Position numbers and translations under genes: made by a program
Notes under the pieces: model-generated
Told to the model about the DNA's origin: nothing
What the model saw: the letters and a program-made list of their open reading frames with translations, nothing else
The model's database searches: none
Shown: in pieces, positions 34,299-45,537 of the stretch
Layout: each line of letters starts with the position of its first letter
Numbering within the stretch: the first letter of the stretch is position 1
NCBI GenBank assembly: GCA_003282485.1
Contig: QBZD01000003.1
Span: 6,953 to 70,952 of the forward strand
Reading direction: 5' to 3'
Length of the DNA stretch: 64,000 bases
Source: Pelagibacteraceae bacterium AG-333-C14
GTDB taxonomy: Bacteria; Pseudomonadota; Alphaproteobacteria; Pelagibacterales; AG-422-B15

Positions 34299-34440
34299 TT
34301 GACTTTTGAGCTGATGTATTTTTTCTATCTTCTTTAAATTTATTCATTGTTTTGATTTCATCTTTAAAAGATAAAGAGATTTCATATAAACTTATACAGA
34401 TGTCTGTAACTTTATTTAATATTTTATTTCTACTATACAT
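34285..34440 (-). CDS. Short ORF, probable truncated UbiK/BMFP homologue (51 aa)
   Basis: Manual translation MYSRNKILNKVTDICISLYEISLSFKDEIKTMNKFKEDRKNTSAQKSNDKS; occupies the lgt-divergent, proC-upstream position where alphaproteobacteria carry ubiK. Confidence 0.5.
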   Translation of the reverse strand: MYSRNKILNKVTDICISLYEISLSFKDEIKTMNKFKEDRKNTSAQKSNDKS

Positions 34441-34480
34441 AAATGGTGCTAGGTTATTCTTATATCAAATTTAAAATAGC

Positions 34481-35284
34481 GTGATTTATCTTAGTTTTCC
34501 ATCTATTAGTCCAATTTTTTTCTCAATAGGTCCACTTGAAATTAGATGGTACTCATTAGCGTACATCGTAGGCTTTATATTTGCTTGGCGATACATCAAA
34601 TACTTGTCTTCTAACAAAAAAATATATGACGTTAAAGCAAATATAAATGAAAAATTAGTTGATGACTTAGTATTCTATTCAATCTTAGGTCTTATAATTG
34701 GAGCTAGAGTTGGATACATATTATTTTATAATTTTGCATACTATAGCGATAACTTTGTAGAAATATTCTACCTATGGCAAGGAGGACTGTCATTTCATGG
34801 TGGATTGATAGGCATCATAATTGCAGCTTTACTTGTTTCAAGAAACTTTAAGTGCTCTTTTTTTGAAGTTAGTGACTTAATATGTGTTTCTGCTCCTGTT
34901 GGCATATTCTTTGGGCGAATAGCAAATTTTATTAATGGTGAACTTTATGGACGGCCAGCAAATTTCTTGTTTGGCATGATCTTTCCAAATGCAGATGACC
35001 AATTTAGACATCCCAGTCAGCTCTATGAAGCATTCTTGGAAGGCCTATTGCTGTTCATCATCTTAAATATTCTAATTTTTAGATATTATAAACTCAAGTC
35101 TCCAGGGTTTATTTCTGGAGCCTTTCTCTTGTTATATGGAGTATTTAGATATTCTGTAGAGTTTACCCGTGAGCCCGATGTACAAGTTGGGTATATTGCA
35201 AACTTTTTTACCATGGGAATGTTGCTTTCAATACCAATGATTATAGCTGGATTGACCATCTTACTTTTAGCAAATAAAAAATGA
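34481..35284 (+). CDS. lgt: Prolipoprotein diacylglyceryl transferase
   Basis: IRWYSL, GARVGY, GGLSFHGG, GRIANFINGELYGR, RHPSQLYE. Confidence 0.97.
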   Translation: MIYLSFPSISPIFFSIGPLEIRWYSLAYIVGFIFAWRYIKYLSSNKKIYDVKANINEKLVDDLVFYSILGLIIGARVGYILFYNFAYYSDNFVEIFYLWQGGLSFHGGLIGIIIAALLVSRNFKCSFFEVSDLICVSAPVGIFFGRIANFINGELYGRPANFLFGMIFPNADDQFRHPSQLYEAFLEGLLLFIILNILIFRYYKLKSPGFISGAFLLLYGVFRYSVEFTREPDVQVGYIANFFTMGMLLSIPMIIAGLTILLLANKK

Positions 35285-36309
35285 TTAAAGAAAAGTTGCT
35301 AAAATATCTTAACGAAAACCCATACATATATTTAGATGAGTTTATTAAACTAGTGCATGGTGATAAAGATTATGGATATTATGTCTCTGAAAAGATTATT
35401 GGTAAAAAAGGTGATTTTATAACTGCTCCTGAGATATCGCAAATGTTTGGCGAAGCAATAGCAATCAAGATTCTTCAGGTTATAAATAAAAATAATATCA
35501 AACACTTTAATTTAATAGAATTAGGCCCTGGAAGGGGAACTCTCATTAATGATATTTTAAGGGTATTAAATAAACATTTATCTCTTGAAATAAATATTTC
35601 ACTTCACTTCAATGAAATTAATAAAAATTTTATCGAAAATCTAAAATTACAATTTCCAAAATGTAAAATTCATTCAGTAATTGGTGATTATCCTGATCAA
35701 TATTCTTTTTTTATCGCAAATGAATTTGTAGATGCGCTGCCCTTAAGACAGTTAAAAAAAAGAGACAACACATATTACGAGACAGTCGTAAAAAAATCAT
35801 TAGATGGAGGCTTTGAATTTGATATTGAAATTGCAAGAAGTGAAAGTGAAATATATGTAAAATCTAGATTTGATTTAAAAAATAATCAAATCTTTGAATA
35901 CTCCCCACAAACAATTGAAGTATTTAATCAAATCATCAACTTTTTAGAAAAAAATAAAGGACATCTTCTATTAATTGACTACGGCTACGTAAAACATCCT
36001 TTAAAAAGCACTATCCAGTCAATTAAAAATCATAAAAAAACTGATGTATTAAATGATATTGGAAAACAAGACATTACTTACCTTGTGAATTTTGATTGCT
36101 TGATAAGTATCTTAAAAAATAAAAAGATTTTAGAGTATAAATTTGTCACTCAATCAGCTTTTTTGAAATTGAACGGCATTGAGGAAAGAGCAAATCAATT
36201 GTGTGAACAAAACCCAGCTAAAGCTGAGGAAATAAAAATACAGTTAAATCGATTAATTAATGATGAACATATGGGAAGCCTTTTCAAAGTATTGGAAGTG
36301 GAAATTTAA
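35281..36309 (+). CDS. SAM-dependent methyltransferase, NDUFAF7/MidA family
   Basis: GDFITAPEISQMFGE, ELGPGRGTL, ANEFVDALP, IDYG, MGSLFKV. Confidence 0.92.
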   Translation: MIKEKLLKYLNENPYIYLDEFIKLVHGDKDYGYYVSEKIIGKKGDFITAPEISQMFGEAIAIKILQVINKNNIKHFNLIELGPGRGTLINDILRVLNKHLSLEINISLHFNEINKNFIENLKLQFPKCKIHSVIGDYPDQYSFFIANEFVDALPLRQLKKRDNTYYETVVKKSLDGGFEFDIEIARSESEIYVKSRFDLKNNQIFEYSPQTIEVFNQIINFLEKNKGHLLLIDYGYVKHPLKSTIQSIKNHKKTDVLNDIGKQDITYLVNFDCLISILKNKKILEYKFVTQSAFLKLNGIEERANQLCEQNPAKAEEIKIQLNRLINDEHMGSLFKVLEVEI

Positions 36310-37071
36310 ATGTTTTTTTCAAAAAATTTAAGCGACGTTGATCACTGTTTTTTTTCAAGAATTGGTGGCTTTAGTAAAAAAAAATATTCATCACTAAATT
36401 GTGGTAAAGGATCAAATGATAATCCTCTATTGGTAGAAGATAATTTAAAGATAATTCATAAGTATTTCAATCTTCCAAGGTCTAAGTTGATTACAATGCA
36501 CCAAACACATTCAAACATATGCAAAATAGTTGAGCCTAAATTACAGCAAACAGAATATAAGTGTGACGGTATAGTAACAAAACATCAGAATATAATATTG
36601 TCAGTTCTGACAGCCGATTGTGCCCCAATCTTATTTTTTGACCAAAAAAAATCAATTATTGGAGCTTGTCATGCAGGTTGGAAAGGAGCCCTGAACGGTA
36701 TTATTGAAAATACTCTATCAAGTATGAAGCTCCTTGGTGCAAACATTAACAATATAAATTGTTCAATTGGGCCATGTATTGGACAAAGCTCATATGACGT
36801 GAAATCAGACTTTTTCAAAAAATTTGTAGACAAGTCGAAAAGAAATAGAAAATTTTTTATCGAAATCAATAAGGATAAATATCAGTTTTCCCTAAAAAAA
36901 TTCATTACATTTAGGCTTGGAGAGCAAGGCGTTGGAAACATAGACACTGTCAACATTGATACTTACAAAGACGAACACCTTTGTTTCAGCTACAGGCGGG
37001 CGCTTCATAAAAAAGAGGATGATTATGGTAGAATGATTTCAACAATTACTATAAAAGGAGATCATTCATGA
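36310..37071 (+). CDS. pgeF: PgeF/YfiH laccase-domain protein
   Basis: QTHS, TADCAP, HAGWKG, IGPCI, FSYRR. Confidence 0.92.
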   Translation: MFFSKNLSDVDHCFFSRIGGFSKKKYSSLNCGKGSNDNPLLVEDNLKIIHKYFNLPRSKLITMHQTHSNICKIVEPKLQQTEYKCDGIVTKHQNIILSVLTADCAPILFFDQKKSIIGACHAGWKGALNGIIENTLSSMKLLGANINNINCSIGPCIGQSSYDVKSDFFKKFVDKSKRNRKFFIEINKDKYQFSLKKFITFRLGEQGVGNIDTVNIDTYKDEHLCFSYRRALHKKEDDYGRMISTITIKGDHS

Positions 37072-38003
37072 GAATTATTGCGGGAAATAGTAATTTACCT
37101 CTTTCTAAAAGTGTTTCTGATTATCTTGGTGAGAACTTAACGAACGCTTCCATACAAAGGTTTGCCGACGATGAAGTTTACGTTGAAATTAAAGAAAACA
37201 TACGAGGTGAAGATGTTTTTGTTATAGAATCTCTATCCCACCCTGCTAACGATAATCTTATGGAGCTTCTAGTAATTATGGATGCTCTAAAAAGAGCTTC
37301 TGCAAAAAGAATTACTGCTGTGATTCCTTATTATGGTTATGCACGACAAGATAGAAAGCCCGGCCCTAGAACACCAATATCTGCAAAATTAGTTGCTAAC
37401 TTAATAACAACTGCTGGAGCTGACAGAGTTTTAACATTAGATTTACATGCTGAACAGATACAAGGTTTCTTTGATATTCCTACTGATAATCTTTTTGCAG
37501 GACCAGTTTTTTCAAAAGATATAAAAGAAAAATATGATATTGGAAACTTAGTTGCGGTTTCACCTGATATTGGTGGTGTAGTAAGAGCTAGAGCAATTGC
37601 TAACAAAATTGGTGCTTCAATAGCTATTGTTGATAAAAGGCGATCTAAACCCGGTGAGAGTGAAGTTATGAATATCATTGGAGATGTAAAAGGAAAAGAC
37701 TGTATTATTTTAGACGATATAATCGACTCTGCTGGAACGATTTCTAATGCAGCTAATAGGATAATGGATCTTGGAGCTAAAAGTATAACATCCTACGTAA
37801 CACATGGCGTACTTACTGGAAAAGCACTCGAGAGAATAAATAATTCAAAATTAACTGAATTGGTAATTACCAATTCTATTAATAATCAAGATATATTAAG
37901 TAATGGCAATAAAATACGCTCTATTGATGTATCCACTCTATTGGGTGAAGCGATAAAAAGAATTTCTGAAGAAAGCTCGGTATCCAGCCTGTTTGATTTT
38001 TGA
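37068..38003 (+). CDS. prs: Ribose-phosphate pyrophosphokinase
   Basis: [37 protein letters not shown]. Confidence 0.97.
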   Translation: MRIIAGNSNLPLSKSVSDYLGENLTNASIQRFADDEVYVEIKENIRGEDVFVIESLSHPANDNLMELLVIMDALKRASAKRITAVIPYYGYARQDRKPGPRTPISAKLVANLITTAGADRVLTLDLHAEQIQGFFDIPTDNLFAGPVFSKDIKEKYDIGNLVAVSPDIGGVVRARAIANKIGASIAIVDKRRSKPGESEVMNIIGDVKGKDCIILDDIIDSAGTISNAANRIMDLGAKSITSYVTHGVLTGKALERINNSKLTELVITNSINNQDILSNGNKIRSIDVSTLLGEAIKRISEESSVSSLFDF

Positions 38004-38054
38004 TTAATATGCTTGCCATATAAGTAAATTTAATCTAATTACCACAACACAATT

Positions 38055-38741
38055 ATGTCAAAAGAAACAAATTTAGATGCTGAGATAAGAGCTGAATCTG
38101 GAAAATCTGCAGTAAAAAAGGTCCTTGCTGCTGGTAAAATTCCATCAGTAATCTATGGGTTAGGTGAAGATTCTCTTAATATTGCCCTTGATAAAATATC
38201 TGTTCAAAAGGAAATTAATTCTGGAGGATTTCTTACAAGAATCATTTCTTTAAATATCGCAGGTAAGAAAAGTCTCGCAATCCCGAGAGATGTACAATTT
38301 GATCCTCTTTCAGATCAACCAATTCATGTAGACTTTTTGAGATTGGCAGAAGACTCAAAAATCACCCTGGATATACCAACTAGATTTATCAATGAAGAGT
38401 CATCTCCCGGCCTTAAACGTGGTGGAGTACTTAACGTTAACAGAAGAACTGTGCAACTTAGTTGCCCAGCAAATAATATTCCTGAAGAAATTGTATTTGA
38501 TTTAGATGGTCTAGAAATTGGTGATACCATCAGGATATCTGCCGCCAATCTATCAAGCGACATTACTCCTACAATTAGTGATCGTGACTTTACTGTAGCA
38601 TCAGTTGCCGCGCCAACTGTTGTCAAAGAACCTGAAGCTCCTGTAGAAGGTGAAGAAGCAGCAGCAGAGGGAGCAGAGACTTCGGATGATGCTAAAGAAG
38701 CATCAACAGATGATGCTAAAAAAGAAGAAAATAAAGATTAA
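38055..38741 (+). CDS. rplY: 50S ribosomal protein L25/Ctc
   Basis: GKIPSVIYG, HVDF, SPGLKRGGVL; acidic tail. Confidence 0.95.
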   Translation: MSKETNLDAEIRAESGKSAVKKVLAAGKIPSVIYGLGEDSLNIALDKISVQKEINSGGFLTRIISLNIAGKKSLAIPRDVQFDPLSDQPIHVDFLRLAEDSKITLDIPTRFINEESSPGLKRGGVLNVNRRTVQLSCPANNIPEEIVFDLDGLEIGDTIRISAANLSSDITPTISDRDFTVASVAAPTVVKEPEAPVEGEEAAAEGAETSDDAKEASTDDAKKEENKD

Positions 38742-38786
38742 TACTTTACCTTTCAACTAATACATAATTTCTATATTCTTAAACGT

Positions 38787-39344
38787 ATGATTGCTCTTAT
38801 TGGTTTAGGAAACCCCGGTGAAAAACATTCCTTAAATAGACATAATATAGGATTTATAATTATTGATGAACTCATTGATAATAATGAAATTATTAAGAAT
38901 GAAAAAAAATTCAACGGTAATTTAACAACGTTTTCAATCGGAAGAAAAAAAATAGTCACGTTTAAGTCATGCGATTACATGAATGAATGTGGTAGCAGTA
39001 TTGCAAAACTCATTAATTTTTACAAACTTGGTCTAGATTCAGTTTATGTCTTTCATGATGACCTTGATATTTCCCTTGGAAAAGTAAAAATAAAAAATGG
39101 TGGCTCACCAGCTGGTCATAATGGATTAAAATCAATAGACTCATGTATAGGCAAAAATTATAACAGAGTAAGGGTTGGAATTGATCACCCAGGGAGCCGT
39201 GAATTGGTTAACAGGCATGTACTAGGTAACTTTAAAAAAAAGGAGTTGGAAATTGTTGACCAATTAAAGATCAGTATTTCATCGCACTTAAAATTACTGA
39301 TATCAGAGAATAAACCTCAATTCTTAAATAACATTAAATTATAA
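38787..39344 (+). CDS. pth: Peptidyl-tRNA hydrolase
   Basis: GLGNPG, RHNIGF, HDDLD, GHNGLKS. Confidence 0.96.
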   Translation: MIALIGLGNPGEKHSLNRHNIGFIIIDELIDNNEIIKNEKKFNGNLTTFSIGRKKIVTFKSCDYMNECGSSIAKLINFYKLGLDSVYVFHDDLDISLGKVKIKNGGSPAGHNGLKSIDSCIGKNYNRVRVGIDHPGSRELVNRHVLGNFKKKELEIVDQLKISISSHLKLLISENKPQFLNNIKL

Positions 39345-39345
39345 T

Positions 39346-40434
39346 ATGGGATTTAAATGTGGAATTGTTGGGCTACCTAATGTTGGAAAATCAACTTTAT
39401 TTAATGCTCTTACCAAGAAAATTTCGGCTGAAGCCGCCAACTATCCTTTTTGTACAATAGAACCAAATGAAGGAACCGTAATCGTTCCTGATGAGAGAGT
39501 TAATACTTTGACAGAAATAGCAAAATCTAAAAAAACTATACCTACCTCACTGACATTTTTTGATATAGCTGGACTAGTTAAAGGTGCATCAAAGGGAGAA
39601 GGATTAGGAAATAAGTTCTTATCACATATAAGGGAAGTTGATGCAATCATACACGTGGTTAGGTGCTTTGAAGATGACAATATAACTCACGTAAGCAATA
39701 AAATTGATCCCTTGGACGATATTGAGACAATTAATACTGAATTAGTTTTATCTGATATTGAACTACTAGAAAAATTAAAATCTGGTCTCGAAAAACAAGC
39801 TAAAAAAGGTGATAAAGATGCAAAAATAAAAATCACAGCAGCTGAAAAGTTACTAAACCATCTTGGGAAAGGTGAGCCAGCAATTACAATTGAAAATTTA
39901 GCTGAGATAAAATCAAATTCGTCGGAATTTAATTTAATTACGTTTAAACCAACAATCTATGTCTGTAATGTCAATGAAGAGTCAATTATTGGTGGGAATC
40001 AATTCACAGAAAAAATTAAAAATAGTTTTAACAATGAAATTATTCTTATCTCTGCAGAAATAGAGTCTCAGATCTCTTCATTAAGTGATGAGGATCAAAA
40101 AGAGTATGTACAGAGCTTAGGCTTAGAAGAATCGGGTTTGAATAAAATTATCCGTAGCGGCTACAAAACGCTTAACTTGATTACTTATTTTACAGCAGGT
40201 GAACAAGAAACAAGAGCATGGACCATAGAATTGGGGACAACAGCACCGCAGGCTGCAGGAAAGATTCATACTGATTTTGAAAAAGGCTTTATACGAGCTG
40301 AAACTATTGCGTATAATGATTACATTGCCTGTGTGGGTGAAATAAAAGCGAAGGAACAAGGAAAGATGCGTAGCGAAGGTAAAGAATATACTGTACAAGA
40401 TGGTGACGTAATGCATTTTTTATTTAATAATTAG
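39346..40434 (+). CDS. ychF: Redox-regulated ATPase YchF
   Basis: GLPNVGKSTLFNALT, ANYPFCTIEPN, DIAGLVKGAS, IHTDF. Confidence 0.97.
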   Translation: MGFKCGIVGLPNVGKSTLFNALTKKISAEAANYPFCTIEPNEGTVIVPDERVNTLTEIAKSKKTIPTSLTFFDIAGLVKGASKGEGLGNKFLSHIREVDAIIHVVRCFEDDNITHVSNKIDPLDDIETINTELVLSDIELLEKLKSGLEKQAKKGDKDAKIKITAAEKLLNHLGKGEPAITIENLAEIKSNSSEFNLITFKPTIYVCNVNEESIIGGNQFTEKIKNSFNNEIILISAEIESQISSLSDEDQKEYVQSLGLEESGLNKIIRSGYKTLNLITYFTAGEQETRAWTIELGTTAPQAAGKIHTDFEKGFIRAETIAYNDYIACVGEIKAKEQGKMRSEGKEYTVQDGDVMHFLFNN

Positions 40435-40436
40435 AT

Positions 40437-40883
40437 ATGGAACATAAATTAGTATTCCCGACTTATGAGGAAATGCATGAAAAAGCCGTAAAGCTTGGAC
40501 ACTTAATCAAAAGTAAAAATATAGATTTTGATAAAATGGTTGTTGTCTCAAGGGGAGGTTTTGTGCCTGCTGCTGTTGTTGCTTACACTTTAGGAATACA
40601 AGACGTAGATATCGTATCCATACAAAGCTATATTCATCGGGAGGCTGGGAAGGCCATTGTTCACCGCGCTCCAAAAACCGACGAAATAGTCCTCGTGATT
40701 GACGATATTGTAGATAAAGGTGGAACAGCAAAAGCTCTTAAAGAATATATGCCTAATATGCATTTAGCTGTGATTTATGCTAAACCGAGAGGGTTGCCTT
40801 TGGCTAGTACGTATGTTGAAGAAATAACCCAAGATACCTGGCCTGTCTTCCCCTGGGATGAGGAAGACAAAGCCAATCATTAG
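40437..40883 (+). CDS. gpt: Xanthine/guanine phosphoribosyltransferase
   Basis: VSRGGFVPA, VIDDIVDKGGT PRPP motif, YAKP, QDTWPVFPWD. Confidence 0.85.
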   Translation: MEHKLVFPTYEEMHEKAVKLGHLIKSKNIDFDKMVVVSRGGFVPAAVVAYTLGIQDVDIVSIQSYIHREAGKAIVHRAPKTDEIVLVIDDIVDKGGTAKALKEYMPNMHLAVIYAKPRGLPLASTYVEEITQDTWPVFPWDEEDKANH

Positions 40884-40886
40884 TTT

Positions 40887-42260
40887 CTAAAATAAAGTTA
40901 CAGAATAAAAATAAGGGACTGATATCAAACCTATAAATATAGTACCAGAATTTAAGTCACTTAATTTACCACTTAAGACTTTAATTACCAAATAAGCAAG
41001 AAATCCAATTGCAATTCCATTGGCAATACTAAAAGTAAAAGGCATTACTACAGCGGCTAACACAGCAGGTGCATACTCAGAGACATCATCCCAATCAATA
41101 TCAATGATATTCCTCATAAAGTAAGTTGCAATAAAGACCAGCGCAGGTGCAGATGCATAATAAGGAACACTTTTAGCTAGTGGCGCTAAAAAAATGCATA
41201 ATAAAAATAATACGCCGACTGTTACAGCCGTAAGCCCTGTTCTTCCACCCTCTTTAATTCCAGCGCCAGACTCGATATAAGATGTTGTATTAGTTGTTCC
41301 AGCTAAAGCACCAACAGCAGTAGCAACTGAATCAGCAAGAACTGCTTTTTCAATACCGTCTACTTTACCATCCTGATCCACTCTGCCACTAAGATTCGCA
41401 ACAGAGGTTAGCGTTCCAGCTGTATCCATGAAGTCAACAAATAGCAAAGTAAGAACAGTTGAAACCATTCCAATTGTTAAAGCACTAGAAATATCAAGTT
41501 GCATAAATATAGTATCTGCAAATGATGGGACACTAAAAATTTGTGATGGAAATTCAGTAACATGAACAAATCCTGGTACACTCTGACTTACAACAGCTGT
41601 TGTAAAAATATCTTCTACACCGAAGATCATTCCTATTACTGTTACAAGTATAATACTTATAATAATGCCACCACGAATTCCTCTTTTATCAAATACAGCC
41701 ATTAGTGCAAAAGCAAGACAGCCTAATAAAACACTTGCAGATAAAATGTTTCCTGCATTAAGAGTTACATAGGTCGCAGGATGAGCAACAACTATTCCCA
41801 TCTCTTCTAGTCCTATAATAGCTAAAAATAATCCAATCCCAGCACCAATACCAAATTTCATGCTTCGTGGAATACTATTGATAATCCATTGTCTTAGAGG
41901 TGTTAAACTTATAACTATAAACAATATGCCAGAAATAAATACTGCACCTAAAGCTGTTTGCCATGAAATATCACCACTGCCACCGAAACCAACTAATGTG
42001 TAAGCAACAAAAGCGTTTAGTCCCATTCCAGGAGCAAGACCTATTGGCCAATTTGCATATAACCCCATTATTAAACAAGCAACTACAGCAGCAAGGATTG
42101 TGGCTATAAATACTCCCTCATAAGGAAACCCAGCATCTGCTAAAATACTTGGATTAACAATAAGTATATATGCCATTGTTAAGAATGTAGCGAGCCCAGC
42201 AAGAATTTCTGTTCTTACGGTCGTACCATTTTCTTTTAATTTAAAAATACTTTCTAACAT
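40887..42260 (-). CDS. NCS2/AzgA family nucleobase (purine) permease
   Basis: EILAGLATFLTMAYI, APGMGLNAF, YIESGAGIKEGGRTGLTA; GGAGGA RBS. Confidence 0.93.
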   Translation of the reverse strand: MLESIFKLKENGTTVRTEILAGLATFLTMAYILIVNPSILADAGFPYEGVFIATILAAVVACLIMGLYANWPIGLAPGMGLNAFVAYTLVGFGGSGDISWQTALGAVFISGILFIVISLTPLRQWIINSIPRSMKFGIGAGIGLFLAIIGLEEMGIVVAHPATYVTLNAGNILSASVLLGCLAFALMAVFDKRGIRGGIIISIILVTVIGMIFGVEDIFTTAVVSQSVPGFVHVTEFPSQIFSVPSFADTIFMQLDISSALTIGMVSTVLTLLFVDFMDTAGTLTSVANLSGRVDQDGKVDGIEKAVLADSVATAVGALAGTTNTTSYIESGAGIKEGGRTGLTAVTVGVLFLLCIFLAPLAKSVPYYASAPALVFIATYFMRNIIDIDWDDVSEYAPAVLAAVVMPFTFSIANGIAIGFLAYLVIKVLSGKLSDLNSGTIFIGLISVPYFYSVTLF

Positions 42261-42409
42261 TTAGTTCCTCCATCTAGTTAACTTCAAAGCTTATATTAAT
42301 CAAAAATGGTTTTCGAGACAGATTTAATCTGCTTGTGGATAACGATGCTTATAATTTACTGTAAAGAAAAAAATTAAATTATTGAAATAATGAGTATATT
42401 TTAATTGTA

Positions 42410-43183
42410 CTAGTGTGACTCTTTCCAAATTTGCTTATTCGTAAAGTAAAGCAAGAATGAAAGTATCAATAAGTACGTTATGACTTTAAAACCGATTCTC
42501 TTACGTGCCTCCAATTTAGGTTCTGCTGTCCATGTCAAAAACATAGTAACGTCTCTAGCCATTTGCTCCGGTGTTGCTTCCGTGCCATCGCTATACTCAA
42601 CAGCATCAGCTGAGAGTAATTGCGGCATTGCAATCTTTTGACCCTTTGCATAAATATTGTAGTAGACACCATCGTCAAGTACCATGCCCTCAGGAGTATC
42701 TTCATATCCAAGCAGCAATGAATAAACATAATCTGCTCCACCATGTCTTGCTTTAACCATTACAGATAGATCTGGAGGATATGCTCCACCATTAGCCGCT
42801 CTTCCTTGTTGTTCATTTTCATAGGGACTAACAAATTTATCTGACAAGATAGCTGGTCGCATGACTACGTCTCCATACTCGTCTGGAGCACCTTTTACCT
42901 CGAATGCAGCTGCCATAGCTTTCACTTGTGCTTCAGAGAACTCAGGGCCACCATCTTCCATTAAGTTTCTATAACTCAATAATTCCATTGAATGGCAACC
43001 AGAACATACTTCAGTATAAACCTGGTAACCTCTTTGTAATGATGCTCGCTCAAATTTACCCAATGGTCCTTGAAATGACCATTTTGGATGCAACGGCTCT
43101 TTCATTTCTGCTGCCTGTATAGTTATTTGAGAGAGTCCAAAATATACGAGAGTTAAAATTAATATTTTTGATAAATATTGCAT
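42410..43183 (-). CDS. petC: Cytochrome c1
   Basis: LQRGYQVY..VCSGCH, PPDLS, MP ligand, C-terminal anchor. Confidence 0.96.
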   Translation of the reverse strand: MQYLSKILILTLVYFGLSQITIQAAEMKEPLHPKWSFQGPLGKFERASLQRGYQVYTEVCSGCHSMELLSYRNLMEDGGPEFSEAQVKAMAAAFEVKGAPDEYGDVVMRPAILSDKFVSPYENEQQGRAANGGAYPPDLSVMVKARHGGADYVYSLLLGYEDTPEGMVLDDGVYYNIYAKGQKIAMPQLLSADAVEYSDGTEATPEQMARDVTMFLTWTAEPKLEARKRIGFKVITYLLILSFLLYFTNKQIWKESH

Positions 43184-43188
43184 TTAAC

Positions 43189-44442
43189 TTAAGTAGTTGC
43201 TCCTGAGGCTAACATTTCTTTTTCCTCTTTGGTCAAGACAGGTTCACTTAAGCTTTTTGGAAGCGGTTTGGTCTTCTCTATGTAACCCAGCAATGGCAAA
43301 ATTACTATAAAGTGAGCAAAGTAGTATACAGTGGCAATTCTTCCCATGATTAAAAATAAGCCATCTGCTACTTGCGCTCCCAAGTAACCAAGAAAAATAG
43401 TGTTTGCAAAGAAGAGCCATACAAATTGTTTGTAAAGAGGTCTATATTTTGCTGATCTAACTTTTGATGTATCTAACCATGGCAAGAAAGCAAGAATAGC
43501 TATCGCCGATACCATCAGAATTACCCCACCAAGTTTGTCTGGGACAGCCCTTAGGATTGCATAGAAAGGTAAAAAATACCACTCTGGAACAATATGTTCA
43601 GGTGTTTGAAGTGGGTTGGCTTGGATGTAATTATCGGTATGTCCTAGAAGGTTTGGTACAAAAAATACGAACCCTGCAAAAATGATTAAAAATACAACAA
43701 GTGCAAATAAATCTTTTACTACGTAGTGTGGATGAAATGGAACTGTATCCTGAGATCCTTTAACAACATCGATTCCCTCAGGGTTATTGTTTCCAGGTAC
43801 GTGAAGAGCCCAAACATGAAGAATTACCAATGCAAAGATAAGAAAAGGCATTAAGTAATGTAATGTAAAGAACCTTGTCAGTAATGGACTGCCTACAGCA
43901 TAGCCTCCCCATAACCAGTTAGTCACAGACTCTCCAACAATCGGTATTGCACTAAATAAATTAGTTATCACGGTGGCTCCCCAAAAGCTCATTTGACCCC
44001 AAGGTAAAACGTATCCCATAAATGCAGTAGCGATCATTAATAAGAAGATAAATACACCTATAATCCAAATAAGTTCTCGTGGCTCTTTATAAGAACCATA
44101 AAACATAGATCTAGCCATGTGGATATAGACAGCCATGAAAAATAGAGATGCGCCATTTGCATGGATATATCTTAGCAACCATCCATAGTTTACATCGCGC
44201 ATTATGTGCTCAACACTTGCAAAAGCTAAATCAGCATCTGCAACATAATGCATAGCAAGCACTAGCCCAGTTATAATCTGCGTAACTAAGCAAAACGTTA
44301 ATATTCCACCGAACGTCCAGAAATAATTTAAATTTTTTGGAGTTGGGTACGGCATTAAGTGTCCATAGATTAGGTCAAGTAAAGGCAGCCTTTCATTAAA
44401 CCATTTTCCAACTGCTGACTTTGGTACGTAGTTATCGCTCAT
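43189..44442 (-). CDS. petB: Cytochrome b
   Basis: [25 protein letters not shown]. Confidence 0.98.
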   Translation of the reverse strand: MSDNYVPKSAVGKWFNERLPLLDLIYGHLMPYPTPKNLNYFWTFGGILTFCLVTQIITGLVLAMHYVADADLAFASVEHIMRDVNYGWLLRYIHANGASLFFMAVYIHMARSMFYGSYKEPRELIWIIGVFIFLLMIATAFMGYVLPWGQMSFWGATVITNLFSAIPIVGESVTNWLWGGYAVGSPLLTRFFTLHYLMPFLIFALVILHVWALHVPGNNNPEGIDVVKGSQDTVPFHPHYVVKDLFALVVFLIIFAGFVFFVPNLLGHTDNYIQANPLQTPEHIVPEWYFLPFYAILRAVPDKLGGVILMVSAIAILAFLPWLDTSKVRSAKYRPLYKQFVWLFFANTIFLGYLGAQVADGLFLIMGRIATVYYFAHFIVILPLLGYIEKTKPLPKSLSEPVLTKEEKEMLASGATT

Positions 44443-44447
44443 GTTAT

Positions 44448-44957
44448 TTATCCAATTTTAATAGTGTTATCATTAAGGAATACATAGTCGGGAATTTCCA
44501 AATTGGTAGGGGCTGGACCCTTTCTTATTCTCCCTGATGTGTCATAGTGTGAACCATGACATGGGCAGAACCAACCATTATATTCGCCCTTTTGACCAAG
44601 TGGAATGCAACCTAAGTGTGTACATATTCCTACCATTACCAACCACTCTGGATTTTTAGCTCTAGCAGCATCATCTTGAGGATCCGGTAATTCATCGAGA
44701 GATACAGCTTTAGCTTCTGAAATCTCTTCAGGTGTCCTTCTTCTAATAAAAACAGGCTTACCTCTCCACAAAACTGTAATGCTTTGGCCTGGAGCAATGG
44801 GTCTTAAGTCAACTTCCGTTGAAGCCAGTGCTTTTACTGATGCATCTGGATTCATTTGGTCTACAAAAGGCCATACCAATGAAGCAGCTCCAGCAGCAGT
44901 AAATGTTCCGGTTGTGATGTACAAAAAGTTTCTTCTTGTAACAGGTTTGTCTGACAA
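44448..44957 (-). CDS. petA: Ubiquinol-cytochrome c reductase Rieske Fe-S subunit
   Basis: Tat motif TRRNFL, CTHLGC, CPCHGS; TTG start. Confidence 0.97.
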   Translation of the reverse strand: MSDKPVTRRNFLYITTGTFTAAGAASLVWPFVDQMNPDASVKALASTEVDLRPIAPGQSITVLWRGKPVFIRRRTPEEISEAKAVSLDELPDPQDDAARAKNPEWLVMVGICTHLGCIPLGQKGEYNGWFCPCHGSHYDTSGRIRKGPAPTNLEIPDYVFLNDNTIKIG

Positions 44958-45092
44958 ATTTTCTTCCCAATATTTAATTGCTAATATACTCTAAAATAAG
45001 CATTTTTATGCGAAATAAAATAAGCAATTGAAGGATAAATTGGGTCAAGATGACGCATATTTCTCTAAAAATCTAGAAGGGTAAATTTAAAA

Positions 45093-45536
45093 TTGAATTT
45101 AGCGATATTTGAACCTGATATTCCTCAAAATACTGGTGCTATGATTCGTATTTGCTCATGTTTTGATGTGGATATCGATATTATTCATCCTGCATCATTT
45201 GTTTTATCTGAAAAATCACTAAATCGTGTTGCAATGGACTATATAAAAAATGTGAAGATAAGCGAGTTTGATGATTGGAAAGATTACATGACAAAAAGAA
45301 ATGGAAGAAAAATATTACTTTCAACGAGAGGAAGTAAATCTCATTATGATTATAGCTTTAATCAATCAGACAATCTAATCGTAGGAAGAGAAAGTGCGGG
45401 TGTGCCAGAATACGTTCATCAAGATTCAGATGAAGTTCTTAAGATAAATATGAAAGCTGGAGCGAGATCACTCAATGTAGCCACATCATCTGCGATAGTA
45501 ATCTCGGAAGCCATAAGGCAGTTAAAATTAATATAG
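45093..45536 (+). CDS. trmL: tRNA (cytidine/uridine-2'-O)-methyltransferase
   Basis: EPDIPQNTG, GRESAG, RSLNVA SPOUT motifs. Confidence 0.92.
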   Translation: MNLAIFEPDIPQNTGAMIRICSCFDVDIDIIHPASFVLSEKSLNRVAMDYIKNVKISEFDDWKDYMTKRNGRKILLSTRGSKSHYDYSFNQSDNLIVGRESAGVPEYVHQDSDEVLKINMKAGARSLNVATSSAIVISEAIRQLKLI

Positions 45537-45537
45537 T

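Noticed and set aside
38630-38741. Short internal repeat (DDAK twice) in the rplY tail
   Set aside because: Ordinary low-complexity acidic Ctc/L25 tail.
42261-42409. Purine/xanthine riboswitch or oriC upstream of the NCS2 permease
   Set aside because: No recognisable purine-riboswitch core, and only one DnaA box with none of the usual origin-flanking genes.
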